Shown here one piece after another: positions 18,200 through 27,094 of a stretch of 64,000 nt of DNA. The stretch covers positions 1,911 to 65,910 of the forward strand of contig JAPXSS010000006.1 of the NCBI GenBank assembly GCA_033812955.1. The letters are read 5' to 3'. Each line of letters begins with the position of its first letter. The first letter of the stretch is position 1. Position numbers and translations under genes: made by a program. The stretch comes from Syntrophobacteraceae bacterium. Its GTDB lineage: Bacteria; Desulfobacterota; Syntrophobacteria; Syntrophobacterales; Syntrophobacteraceae. The notes under the pieces were generated by a model that saw only the letters and a program-made list of their open reading frames with translations, did not search any database and had not been told where the DNA came from.

Positions 18200-18631
18200 A
18201 TGTCTGATGATTTCAAACCGGTCATCTTAGGGTTCTTGTGTACGTGGTGAGCATACGCTGCTGCTGACCTGGCTGGGGTCAGTCGTATGCAGTATCCGTC
18301 GAACCTGCGGATAGTGCGGGTCATGTGTTCGGGGATGGTCAGTCCTGACATTGTGGTGCGTGCCTTGGACAAAGGCGCAGATGGCGTTCTGGTGGTTGGG
18401 TGACACCTCGGCGAATGTCATTACCTGGAAGGTAATCAAAAGGCAAACGCTCGGCAAGAAGCGACCAAGATTGTCCTCGAAAACCTTGGAATCGATACCG
18501 ACCGGTTTCTAACCGCTTGGGTATCGTCGGCGGAAGCTCCCAAGTTTGCGGAGGTGGTTACAGCTTATGTGAACCATATCAAAGAGTTGGGGCCAAATCC
18601 TCGGAAGCAGCAAAAAGCGGAAGCCGCCTGA
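18200..18631 (+). CDS. mvhD: MvhD-like protein, selenoprotein with two in-frame UGA codons (18248-18250 and 18401-18403)
   Basis: Own translation from ATG 18200 (RBS AAAGGAG): MSDDFKPVILGFLCTW-U-AYAAADLAGVSRMQYPSNLRIVRVMCSGMVSPDIVVRALDKGADGVLVVG-U-HLGECHYLEGNQK...PNPRKQQKAEAA*. No plus-strand ORF is listed in the track for this gene, because the two UGAs cut it into sub-60-aa pieces. Confidence 0.85.
18251..18290 (+). promoter_or_regulatory. putative SECIS hairpin (first UGA of mvhD copy 2)
   Basis: GCATACG(18251-18257)/CGTATGC(18284-18290) outer stem. CTGACC(18264-18269)/GGTCAG(18277-18282) inner stem, loop TGGCTGG. Confidence 0.5.
18420..18436 (+). promoter_or_regulatory. putative SECIS hairpin (second UGA of mvhD copy 2)
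   Basis: ATTACC/GGTAAT stem, loop TGGAA. Same element as downstream of the equivalent UGA in mvhD copy 1. Confidence 0.5.
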
Positions 18632-18676
18632 TCATGAGGATATCTCGCGGAGGCACCGAAACTTAAGAGGTGTTAC

Positions 18677-19603
18677 ATGGCAGCTAGGGTAGCGGAAGAG
18701 TGGTTGAACGCCTGTGCGGGTTGTGAGATCTCGGTGGTAGATCTGGGTGAGCGTTTGCTGAAGGTATTGGAGCTCGTCGAGTTCGTTCACATCCCGGTGC
18801 TGATGGATCACAAATATTACGGTCAGTTGGGGGAGGGAAAGCATATTCACATCCCCGAAGCGGATGTGGGAATCATCAGTGGCAGCATCCGCAATACTGA
18901 GCATCTCGAAGTGGCCGAGGAGATGCGCAAGCAGTGCAAGATCATTGTGGCCTTGGGCACCTGTGCGACTCACGGGGGGATCCCGGCCTTGGCCAATTCC
19001 TACCAAAACCAGGAGATGTATGATCGGTATTACTCAACCGAGACTACCGATATACCTAACTCTTTTCCAACCGATGGGCTCCCGCCGTTGCTGGACGCCT
19101 GCTACGCGTTGGATGAAAAGATCAAGGTGGACGTCTACCTGCCCGGTTGTGCTCCCCATCCGGACCAAGTTTTTGTCGGGCTGGCGGCTCTTCTCGGGCT
19201 CATGCCGCTGGCACTGCCTGACAAGAGTGTCTGCGATACCTGTCCCACAGTCAGAGAGGGGAAGGGACAGGTTAAGCAACTACAGCGATTCCTGCATTCG
19301 CCCCATTATGGAGCGCCCGACGAACCGTTGGATAAGATGCGCTGCCTATTGGAGCAGGGGTTTCTCTGCATGGGACCAGTGACCAAAGCCGGCTGCGGTG
19401 GTGACGGGGTTGTTCCGCGCTGCATCATTGCCCGGGTGCCGTGCCGGGGCTGCTATGGGCCAGTGGAGCACGACGGCAACCAGCTCCTGGACATGCTCAA
19501 TGCGCTGGCGTCCAATGGCATCGATATCAAGTCTCTGCCCGAGTATGCTTCTCTGTTGCGTTTTTCCGGGGCCCACCATCTGCTGACGCCGCGGAAGAAA
19601 TAG
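18677..19603 (+). CDS. mvhG: [NiFe(Se)] hydrogenase small subunit, group 3c (MvhG-like)
   Basis: NACAGCEISVVD, ALGTCATHGGIPA, multiple C-terminal Cys clusters (CDTCP, CMGPVTKAGCGG, CRGC). No Tat signal, consistent with a cytoplasmic enzyme. Confidence 0.85.
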   Translation: MAARVAEEWLNACAGCEISVVDLGERLLKVLELVEFVHIPVLMDHKYYGQLGEGKHIHIPEADVGIISGSIRNTEHLEVAEEMRKQCKIIVALGTCATHGGIPALANSYQNQEMYDRYYSTETTDIPNSFPTDGLPPLLDACYALDEKIKVDVYLPGCAPHPDQVFVGLAALLGLMPLALPDKSVCDTCPTVREGKGQVKQLQRFLHSPHYGAPDEPLDKMRCLLEQGFLCMGPVTKAGCGGDGVVPRCIIARVPCRGCYGPVEHDGNQLLDMLNALASNGIDIKSLPEYASLLRFSGAHHLLTPRKK

Positions 19604-19618
19604 AGGGAGGATGAGAAT

Positions 19619-21064
19619 ATGGCGCGAGTAATCAACATTGCTCCCATAACCCGCATCGAGGGGCACGGCTCGGTCGAGATCCAGCTTGATGACGGGGGGA
19701 GTGTAAGCAGTACCAAAGTGCACTACATGTCGCTACGGGGCTTTGAGAAGTTCATCGAGGGCAAGCCTGCAGAAGAAGTGCCCCGGATTGTGACCCGCAT
19801 TTGCGGTATTTGCCCGTGGCATCACCACATGGCTTCGAACAAGGCTGTGGATCGCTGTTTTGGCGTGACCCTGCCACCGACTGGGTGGAAGCTGCGGGAA
19901 TTTGCCCAGACCATGGCCCATGCTGAAGACAAGCTGCTGCACTTCTACTTTCTAGCGGCGGCGGACTTTGTGATGGGACCGGACGCCCCCTATGAGGTGC
20001 GAAATGTTATCGGGGTTGCCAAAGCCAATCCCGAGCTGGCCACCAAAGCGGTCCAGATGCGCTACATGGCGAAAATGATTCTTGAAAAACTGGGCGGCAA
20101 GGCCATTCATCCCCATGCCGCGGTAGCAGGCGGTTTCTGCCGGCCCCTGCTCAATTCTGAACGGCTGGAATTCCTGGAGAAACTCAAGGTGCTGCTGGAA
20201 TTCTCGCACGATACCCTCAAGTTTGCCAAAGCGAACGTGTTTCCCAAATACCTCGATGTGGTCAAGACCCTTGGGGTCATCAACACCGGTTTCCTTGGCA
20301 CTGTGGATGAGAAGGGCAACCTTGCCCTCTTCGACGGCAAGCTGCGCCTGATGAAAGCCGACGGCTCCTTCGTGGATTTCAGTCCCCAAGACTACATCGA
20401 TTATCTGGGCGAAGCAGTGGTACCCTTCTCGTATGGCAAGTTTCCGTATGCCCGCTCTTGGAATGAGGGCTTTTCTCTCGATATCGACAATCCCAAGGGC
20501 ATCTACCGGTGCAATTGTCTTGCCCGGATCAATGCCTGCGACGCAATCTCGACGCCGCGGGCCCAGGCGGAGCTGGAAGAGTTTCGCAAGGCTTTCGGGC
20601 GCCCGGCGCAGTTAACCCTGCTCTATCACTGGGCGCGGCTGATCGAGGATGTGTATGCCTACGAGCATGCCATCGAGCTGCTGGAAGACCCGGCAATTTG
20701 CGACACGGACATTCGGGCAAAGGTGGAACCCAAGGCAGGAAGAGGGGTGGGCTGTGTGGAAGCTCCCCGCGGGACCCTGATTCACGACTACACCACGGAT
20801 GACAACGGTTTGATCAAGCACGCCAACCTCATCGTGGGGACGACGCACAATCTGGGCCCCATTAATATGAGCGTCAATCAGGCCTCCAAGATGTTGATCA
20901 AGAACGGTGAGGTGAACGAGGGCATCCTCAACATGATTGAGATGTCGATACGCGCCTACGACCCCTGAATTAGCTGCGCCACTCATTGCCTGGATGGCAA
21001 TAATGGGTTCTCGATCAAAGTCATCGACGCCAAGGGTGAAATCATCACCAGGCGGCCTGCGTAG
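19619..21064 (+). CDS. mvhA: [NiFeSe] hydrogenase large subunit, group 3c (MvhA/Vhu-like), selenoprotein (UGA at 20966-20968)
   Basis: RIEGHG and RICGICPWHH N-terminal Ni-site motif. Track ORF stops at TGA 20966, but reading on gives AYDP-U-ISCATHCLDGNNGFSIKVIDAKGEIITRRPA* (TAG 21062-21064). That is the DPCxxCxxH C-terminal Ni-site motif with Sec in the first position. Confidence 0.85.
20985..21001 (+). promoter_or_regulatory. putative SECIS hairpin for mvhA
   Basis: ATTGCC/GGCAAT stem with loop TGGAT, 17 nt after the UGA. Confidence 0.45.
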
Positions 21065-21129
21065 CATTGAAGGGGCAATGCCCCTGAGGCAGGGGGGGTT
21101 AGGAGTTAACCGGACCTGAGTAAAGAAGC

Positions 21130-21164
21130 GGGGGTAGTTCTCAGCGAGCTACCCCCCTGGTTTT
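21130..21164 (+). terminator. rho-independent terminator-like hairpin after mvhA
   Basis: GGGGGTAG(21130-21137)/CTACCCCC(21149-21156), 11-nt loop, followed by CTGGTTTT. Confidence 0.5.
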
Positions 21165-21188
21165 CCGGGAAAGAGCTTTAGCGGGGGT

Positions 21189-21821
21189 TCAGCTTATCAC
21201 CCACACCGCGATGTCCTGCGCCACCTGCGTGAGCTTGGCGGCAATTCGCCCGATCTGGAATTCTTCAACCTCGGATACGCCGCGCCGACCCACGACAATG
21301 GTCCCGTAGCGGCCGTTGCGGGCTTCATTGAGAAGGGCCGTTGACCGGCTGACCACTCCCGAGATCACCTTGGTGTTGATTTTGGCTGGATCGGCTCCCA
21401 TGGCGGTCAAGGATTTGGAGAGTTTTTCGAACATCGGCTAGATCGCGTCCTGAGCATCATCCTGGAGCTTCTGGAGGATGTAAGTCTCGTCTTCCTGTGG
21501 AAATCTAACCACATGAGCCGGCGTTACCTGCGGTTCACCCTTGCCCAACATCCTGCCGACGAAATTCGCGGCCCGCATGGATCCCCAGGAATTGTCCACA
21601 CTCGCAAGGATTTTGCCTCCCTTCGATTTTCCGCCTACCAGATAAACCGTCGGGCCAACCACATTCAACCGTACCTTGCTAGCAATGCTGTCATGAATGG
21701 TATCATCCGCGGCCCCGATGCCCCTACGTCCCATGGCCACAAGGTCGCAGCCGAACCGGCACTCTTCGAGGATGTCTCTGGCAAAGCCGTTCTTGCGCTT
21801 TTGAATGAGGATTATCAGTTT
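21189..21821 (-). pseudogene. remnant of a tandem universal stress protein (UspA family) gene: 5' truncated, with an in-frame TAG
   Basis: Track ORFs 21438..21740 and 21189..21434 share one frame, split by TAG (21440-21438). Together they give one Usp domain (...GRYGTIVVGRRGVSEVEEFQIGRIAAKL...). The frame upstream reads ...ARDILEECRFGCDLVAMGRRGIG (C-terminus of another Usp domain) but hits a stop at 21824-21822 with no start codon. Confidence 0.5.
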
Positions 21822-21890
21822 CTAATATATGCTTCAACAGACATACAGCGTGATTAGCCGTGATTGTCCTCAAAATCAGGCAAAGAATTG

Positions 21891-21919
21891 TTGATATCCA
21901 CAAAAAAATGAAGTATATT
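21891..21919 (+). promoter_or_regulatory. candidate sigma70-type promoter facing hdrA copy 2
   Basis: TTGATA(21891-21896)-N17-TATATT(21914-21919) in the less GC-rich spacer. It would give a ~430-nt leader. Confidence 0.3.
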
Positions 21920-22359
21920 GCTATCGATTGTGAATGTTCACCCTCAAATTCTCCGCAGAAGCTCGGTGGAAAAAGCTGACAATTATGGGCGCCTCCTCGG
22001 AAAAGCTGCTTTTCGTATGTCTTCGCACAGGGCGGAGAAATATGATGGGCTGGGAGAGGGTGGAAGTTTCTCAACCACCGCGAGTCAAAATTGGCACCCT
22101 CCGATCCCACGCATCCAGCCTGGGGACGACTCCGATAACGCGCCAAAATGGTCTGTATAATGAGGCATGGATTGGAATGAGGTCGTCGTCAACCTCATTC
22201 GCCAGGCTACGCTTTGTCTCCACCCGGCGTTGTCGAGGTTGGGCTCGAGGAGGACGGATGCTTGTGGCTCCAGAAGGCAGGGAGACCTTGTCTCCGATGT
22301 TCTTTTGAAATAGGTCGAACAACGACGGATGGTTTGAAACCCAGAAGGAGACCCTACTC

Positions 22360-23889
22360 GTGAATCGCGACGTGTTAGTGATTGGGGGAGGAATTGCGGG
22401 CATGCAAGCCTCTCTGGACCTGGGTGAAATGGGATTCCAGGTGCATCTGGTGGAGCGATTGCCAAGCATTGGCGGCAAGATGTCGCAGCTTGACAAAACG
22501 TTTCCCACCAATGATTGCGCCCTTTGAATCCTGGCGCCGAAGCTGATGGATGTCGGTCGACATCCCAAGATCCGGTTGCTGGCCTACTCAGAGATTGAAA
22601 AAATTGACGGTGAAATAGGGAATTTTCACATCACGGTTCGCAAAAAAGCCCGTTATGTCGATGAAAAGAAATGCACGGGTTGCGGGACGTGTGCGGAAAA
22701 GTGTCCGACGGTAACTTCCGACGTCTACAACCTCGGGCTTGGCAAAGCCAAGGCCATCTATAAGTACTTTGCCCAAGGGATTCCGTCCGCCTATACCATC
22801 GACGCCAATGCGTGCCGACAACTCCAGGGGAAGAAGTGCGGTGTTTGCGCCAAGGTCTGTCAGGCCGGCGCCATCGACTACAAGCAGCAGGAGCAGATCA
22901 TCGAGTTCGAGGTGGGGGCCATCATTGTGGCCACCGGTTATGATCTCTTCGATGCTACGAAAATCCCGGAATATGGTTACGGGCGACTGCCCAACGTGGT
23001 CACCGCCCTGGAATTCGAACGGTTCCTCTCCGCCAGCGGCCCCACGCATGGTCACGTCTATCGCCGTTCGGACCTGGCCCTGATGGATGCTCTGCCCGAG
23101 GCGGAAAAGAGCCAGCAGAAAGCGGCCAGGGGCCTTGAACAGTTGGAGAAGAAAGGCGGGATGAGTTCCGCCGATTTCTATGCCAAGTATGAGGCTGGTG
23201 AACTGCAAGGCGAAGAGTACGATAAGTGGGCCGAGCAGGTTAAGGTTTCCCGCGCCGCCATGGAAAAGCTCGAGACCATGAAGGCGAAAGTCAACCAGAT
23301 CGAGGGCGCGCATCGGCTGGCCTTCATCCAGTGCGTGGGGTCCCGCGACATTCGCTTCAATAAGTACTGTTCAGGCTTTTGCTGCATGCATGCCGTCAAA
23401 GAGGCCATCATTGGCCTGGAACACGACAGGGACGCCGAAGTCTACATATTCGGCATGGATATCCGCGCGGTCGGAAAGAACTTCGAGGAGTACCGCAATC
23501 GTGGTGCCGGTTCCGGGATCCAGTTCATCAGGAGCCGGGTGGCCGAAATTTACGAGGACAAAGATCACACTCCCATCCTCGTTTATGAGGACACCAAAGA
23601 GCGGCTGGTGAAGCAAATGCCGGTGGACCTGGTGATTCTGGCCACCGCTTGCCAGCCCAGTGAAGGGATAGTCAAAATGGCGGCCACGGTGGGTATCGAA
23701 ACCAACGATTTCGGCTTCATCAAGACCGCCTCTTACCCGCCGCTCAGCACCTCGCGGCCGGGAGTCTTCGTCTGCGGCTGTGCGGTAAGTCCCATGGATA
23801 TTCCTGAATCGGTTGCTCAGGCCAGCAGTGCCGCGGCCAGAGCAGCTCAGGTTCTGTCAGGTTCTGAGACCGAACGTCTCGCCTCCTGA
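22360..23889 (+). CDS. hdrA: HdrA-like FAD/Fe-S flavoprotein, selenoprotein (UGA at 22525-22527), copy 2
   Basis: Own translation from GTG 22360 (RBS AAGGAGA): [68 protein letters not shown]..., in frame with track ORF 22546..23889. Same geometry as copy 1 (Sec at codon 56). Confidence 0.85.
22548..22565 (+). promoter_or_regulatory. putative SECIS hairpin for hdrA copy 2
   Basis: Identical GGATGTCGGTCGACATCC element at the same offset as in copy 1. Confidence 0.4.
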
Positions 23890-23903
23890 AGGAGAACAAG
23901 TCA

Positions 23904-25622
23904 ATGAGTGGTGATACGGAGAAGACAGCAGAGTTCAACACCAAGGATGCACGGATCGGCGTTTTTGTCTGTCATTGCGGTTCCAATATTGCGGGCCTCC
24001 TGGACTGCCCGGCCTTGACCGAATATGCATCCGGGCTGCCCAACGTGGTTTTTACCAAGAATAATCTCTACACCTGTTCCGAAGCGGGCATTGCCGAGAT
24101 CATGAACGCCATTAAGGACCATGGGCTCACCCGCGTCGTGGTGGCCTCCTGCTCGCCGCGCACCCATATGCCGCTCTTCAAGAGCGCGTGCGCCGAGGCG
24201 GGGCTCAATCAGTACCTGTTCGAAATGGCCAACATTCGGGATCAGTGCTCCTGGGTTCACGCGCAGGATCAAGAATTGGCCCAGATCAAAGCCATGGACT
24301 TGATCCGGATGGCGGTGGCCAAAGCCAGGTTCCTGGAACCGGCTGAGGACATCGAGTCCTCCCTGGTGCGCCGTGCCATGGTCATTGGTGGCGGGGTGGC
24401 CGGGCTGTCGGCGGCCGGCGCTCTGGCGGACATGGGGATGGAAGTGATCCTGGTGGAAAAGCAGGCAGAACTCGGCGGCCTGCTGCGTCGGATCAATCGC
24501 ATTGGCCCGGGCGGCGAAAAGGCTTCCGAGCTGCTGGGTATGCTGGTGGCGGACTTTAAGTCCAAGCCAAGGGCCAAGGCGCTGCTGGAGAGTGAAGTGT
24601 CGGCAGTGAGTGGGGTGGTTGGCAATTACGAGGTGACCATTCGCGACAAAAGTGGTGAGATGCAGACGGAAACGGTGGGCTGCATTGTCGTTGCCACCGG
24701 AGCGCTGCCGTTCACTCCCGAAGGACTGTACGGGTACAACGGAAAGAATGTGATCACCCAGATTGAACTGGAAGAGAAGCTTCGGGACGGCACCCTCGAC
24801 GCCAAACGGGTGGTCATGATCCAGTGCGTTGGTGCCAGATCGCCTGAGCGGACCTATTGTTCGCGGATCTGCTGCCAGACGGCTATCAAGAACGCTCTCT
24901 ACATCAAAGAGCTCAATCCCGAGGCTCATGTCCATATCCTCTATCGTGACATCCAGATGTACGGCACCGACAACGAACGGATGCTGTGGGACTCACGCGG
25001 CAAGGGCGTTCATTACGATGTTTACGATGTTGAGCGGCCGCCGGTGGTGAAGGACGGGGTGGTTGAGGTTTATCAGCCGCTGCTGGGTGAGGTGGGGCAG
25101 ATTCTTTTCGATCTGCTGGTGCTCTCGACTCCCCTGGTGGCCCCTGCAGATGCGCAGGACGTTGCCAACCTGATGCGCATTCCCGTGGACCAAAATCGTT
25201 TCTACCTGGAGGCCCATGCCAAACTGCGGCCGTTAGATTTTGCCACCGACGGGGTCTTCCTGTGCGGGACAGCACGCTATCCGGCAACCGTAGGGGAAGC
25301 CCAGGCCCAGGGGCTGGGGGCGGCGTCGCGGGCTGCGACCGTGCTGTTCAAAGACAAGCTGGTAGCCAGCGCCTTGATCTCTCAGGTGACGGAGCGTTGC
25401 GACGGCTGTGGTGCCTGTGTCGAGCTCTGCCCTTACCATGCGCTCAGTCTCGAGGAGTACGAACAAGACGGACGGAAACTCAAGCGCAACAAGGTCGACA
25501 AAATGTTATGCAAGGGGTGCGGAGTGTGCGCCGCCACCTGTCCCAAAGGGGGCGTGGTGGTCTGTGGATTCACTCGCACGCAGCTCCAGGCCCAAGTGGA
25601 TGCAGCGCTCGAAGCGGCTTAG
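23904..25622 (+). CDS. second HdrA-like subunit, copy 2
   Basis: Collinear paralogue of 16419..18140 (VFVCHCGSNIAG, VIGGGVAGLSA, MIQCVGARS, CDGCGACVELCP, CKGCGVCAATCP). RBS AAGGAGA lies 8 nt upstream. Confidence 0.8.
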   Translation: MSGDTEKTAEFNTKDARIGVFVCHCGSNIAGLLDCPALTEYASGLPNVVFTKNNLYTCSEAGIAEIMNAIKDHGLTRVVVASCSPRTHMPLFKSACAEAGLNQYLFEMANIRDQCSWVHAQDQELAQIKAMDLIRMAVAKARFLEPAEDIESSLVRRAMVIGGGVAGLSAAGALADMGMEVILVEKQAELGGLLRRINRIGPGGEKASELLGMLVADFKSKPRAKALLESEVSAVSGVVGNYEVTIRDKSGEMQTETVGCIVVATGALPFTPEGLYGYNGKNVITQIELEEKLRDGTLDAKRVVMIQCVGARSPERTYCSRICCQTAIKNALYIKELNPEAHVHILYRDIQMYGTDNERMLWDSRGKGVHYDVYDVERPPVVKDGVVEVYQPLLGEVGQILFDLLVLSTPLVAPADAQDVANLMRIPVDQNRFYLEAHAKLRPLDFATDGVFLCGTARYPATVGEAQAQGLGAASRAATVLFKDKLVASALISQVTERCDGCGACVELCPYHALSLEEYEQDGRKLKRNKVDKMLCKGCGVCAATCPKGGVVVCGFTRTQLQAQVDAALEAA

Positions 25623-25802
25623 AGTTTGGCAGGGTGTTGAAAAATCTTCCCCAACGTCTCCCCGGCGAAACCCGGAGTACAGAAAACCATGCGGAACCTG
25701 GATGTCGGTTTTCACCGGCATGACGGACAGAGCCTTCGATGCACTTTTTCAACAGCCTGCTAGAGGAGTACTCACAAACAGGTAAGAAAGGAGTTTTCCC
25801 CC

Positions 25803-26222
25803 ATGTCCGATGAGTATGTTCCCACCATTGTTGGATTCCTCTGCACGTGGTGAGCGTACGCCGCTGCTGACCTGGCTGGGGTCAGTCGTTCGCAGTACCC
25901 TCCCAATCTGCGTATCGTCCGGATGATGTGCTCCGGGATGGTCAGTCCCGACCTGGTGGTACGCGCCCTGTCCAAAGGTGCCGACGGCGTGCTGGTGCTG
26001 GGATGCCACCTGGGTGAGTGTCACTACATGGAAGGCAATTTCAACGCGGCCAAGCGGATGGCGGTAATCAAGAATCTGCTCGCCTTTACCGGGATCGACC
26101 CGGCGCGGCTCAGGGTGGAATGGGTATCGTCCGCCGAAGCGCCCAAACTGGTCGAGATTGTTATCGACTTCACCAACCAGATCAAAGATCTCGGACCCTC
26201 CCCGTTGAAGGCTGTGGCCTGA
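25803..26222 (+). CDS. mvhD: MvhD-like protein, selenoprotein (one UGA at 25851-25853; Cys at the second site)
   Basis: Own translation from ATG 25803: MSDEYVPTIVGFLCTW-U-AYAAADLAGVSRSQYPPNLRIVRMMCSG...GVLVLGCHLGECHYMEGN..., in frame with track ORF 25923..26222. Confidence 0.85.
25854..25893 (+). promoter_or_regulatory. putative SECIS hairpin for mvhD copy 3
   Basis: CTGACC(25867-25872)/GGTCAG(25880-25885), loop TGGCTGG. Outer GCGTACG/CGTTCGC with one mismatch. Homologous to the 18251-18290 element. Confidence 0.45.
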
Positions 26223-26256
26223 TGGAGACTGACATTGATCGGGCTGTCAAGGATCA

Positions 26257-27081
26257 ATGAGAAAGGCTCTTTTTATGGTTGAAAAGATCAAAGCAAGAGT
26301 TCAGGAACTGTTGGCGTCCGGCAAGATCAAAGGTTTCCTCGGTCTCCGCGAAAGGTACGGCCACGTCGGCCCTTACCTTTTTACCGATCCCAATGACCTC
26401 GACGGAATGTCCGTCGGCGATGGGGCAAAACCCGGCGATACCCGCTATTCGCTCAACAAACAACTCATCAGGCTGGTCCATTCTTATCAGGACGACGCTT
26501 TCGGCGTGTTGGTGCGCGGCTGCGATGAGCGCGGGCTGAAAACCCTGATTGCCTCCAACCAGCTCGACCCGGCACGGGTGGTTTCCGTCGGTTTGGCCTG
26601 CCCCCAGGAACTGGCCGATGCCTGCGAGTGTATGAAGCCCTTTCCCGATGAGTACGTTGCGGGTGAGCCATCCGAAGGGCGGCCTTTTGCCGGAGTGGCT
26701 CAGATCGAGGCCATGGCCATGGAGGAGCGTTTCAAGGTCTGGCTGGCCGAGTTCGCCAAATGCGTCAAGTGCTATGGCTGTCGCGATGTCTGTCCGATGT
26801 GCTACTGCAAGGAATGCACCCTGGGAGGCAAGGATTTTGTGAACGTCGGCACCCTGCCGCCGCAAAATCCCATCTTCCACATCACCCGCGCGCTCCACAT
26901 GGCAGGAAGATGCATCGACTGTGGGCTGTGTAATGAAACCTGCCCTGCGGATATCCCACTACGAACGCTCTACAAGAAGATCGCAGACCTTGTTGACCAG
27001 GAGTACCAGTATCGGCCGGGCTATGGCGAACCCAAGGCCAGCCTGACCATTCACGGCCTCGGTGATTCCCCACAACACTGA
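26257..27081 (+). CDS. 2x[4Fe-4S] Fe-S protein, putative electron-transfer partner of the formate dehydrogenase
   Basis: CVKCYGCRDVCPMC and CIDCGLCNETCP ferredoxin-type motifs in the C-terminal half. The N-terminal half was not recognised. The role is inferred only from its position between mvhD and fdhA. Confidence 0.5.
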   Translation: MRKALFMVEKIKARVQELLASGKIKGFLGLRERYGHVGPYLFTDPNDLDGMSVGDGAKPGDTRYSLNKQLIRLVHSYQDDAFGVLVRGCDERGLKTLIASNQLDPARVVSVGLACPQELADACECMKPFPDEYVAGEPSEGRPFAGVAQIEAMAMEERFKVWLAEFAKCVKCYGCRDVCPMCYCKECTLGGKDFVNVGTLPPQNPIFHITRALHMAGRCIDCGLCNETCPADIPLRTLYKKIADLVDQEYQYRPGYGEPKASLTIHGLGDSPQH

Positions 27082-27094
27082 GAGGAGCATTGGT

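Noticed and set aside
21438-21440. In-frame TAG in the Usp gene as a possible pyrrolysine codon
   Set aside because: No pyl genes or methylamine methyltransferase context in the window, and the same gene has also lost its 5' end. A pseudogene is the simpler explanation.
21960-22100. GCGCCTCCTCGG segment in the long leader before hdrA copy 2, considered as a possible Moco-type riboswitch because an fdh operon lies downstream
   Set aside because: Only a short resemblance to the conserved GCCUCCGAG core. I cannot reconstruct the required helices by eye. It needs an Rfam covariance-model scan.
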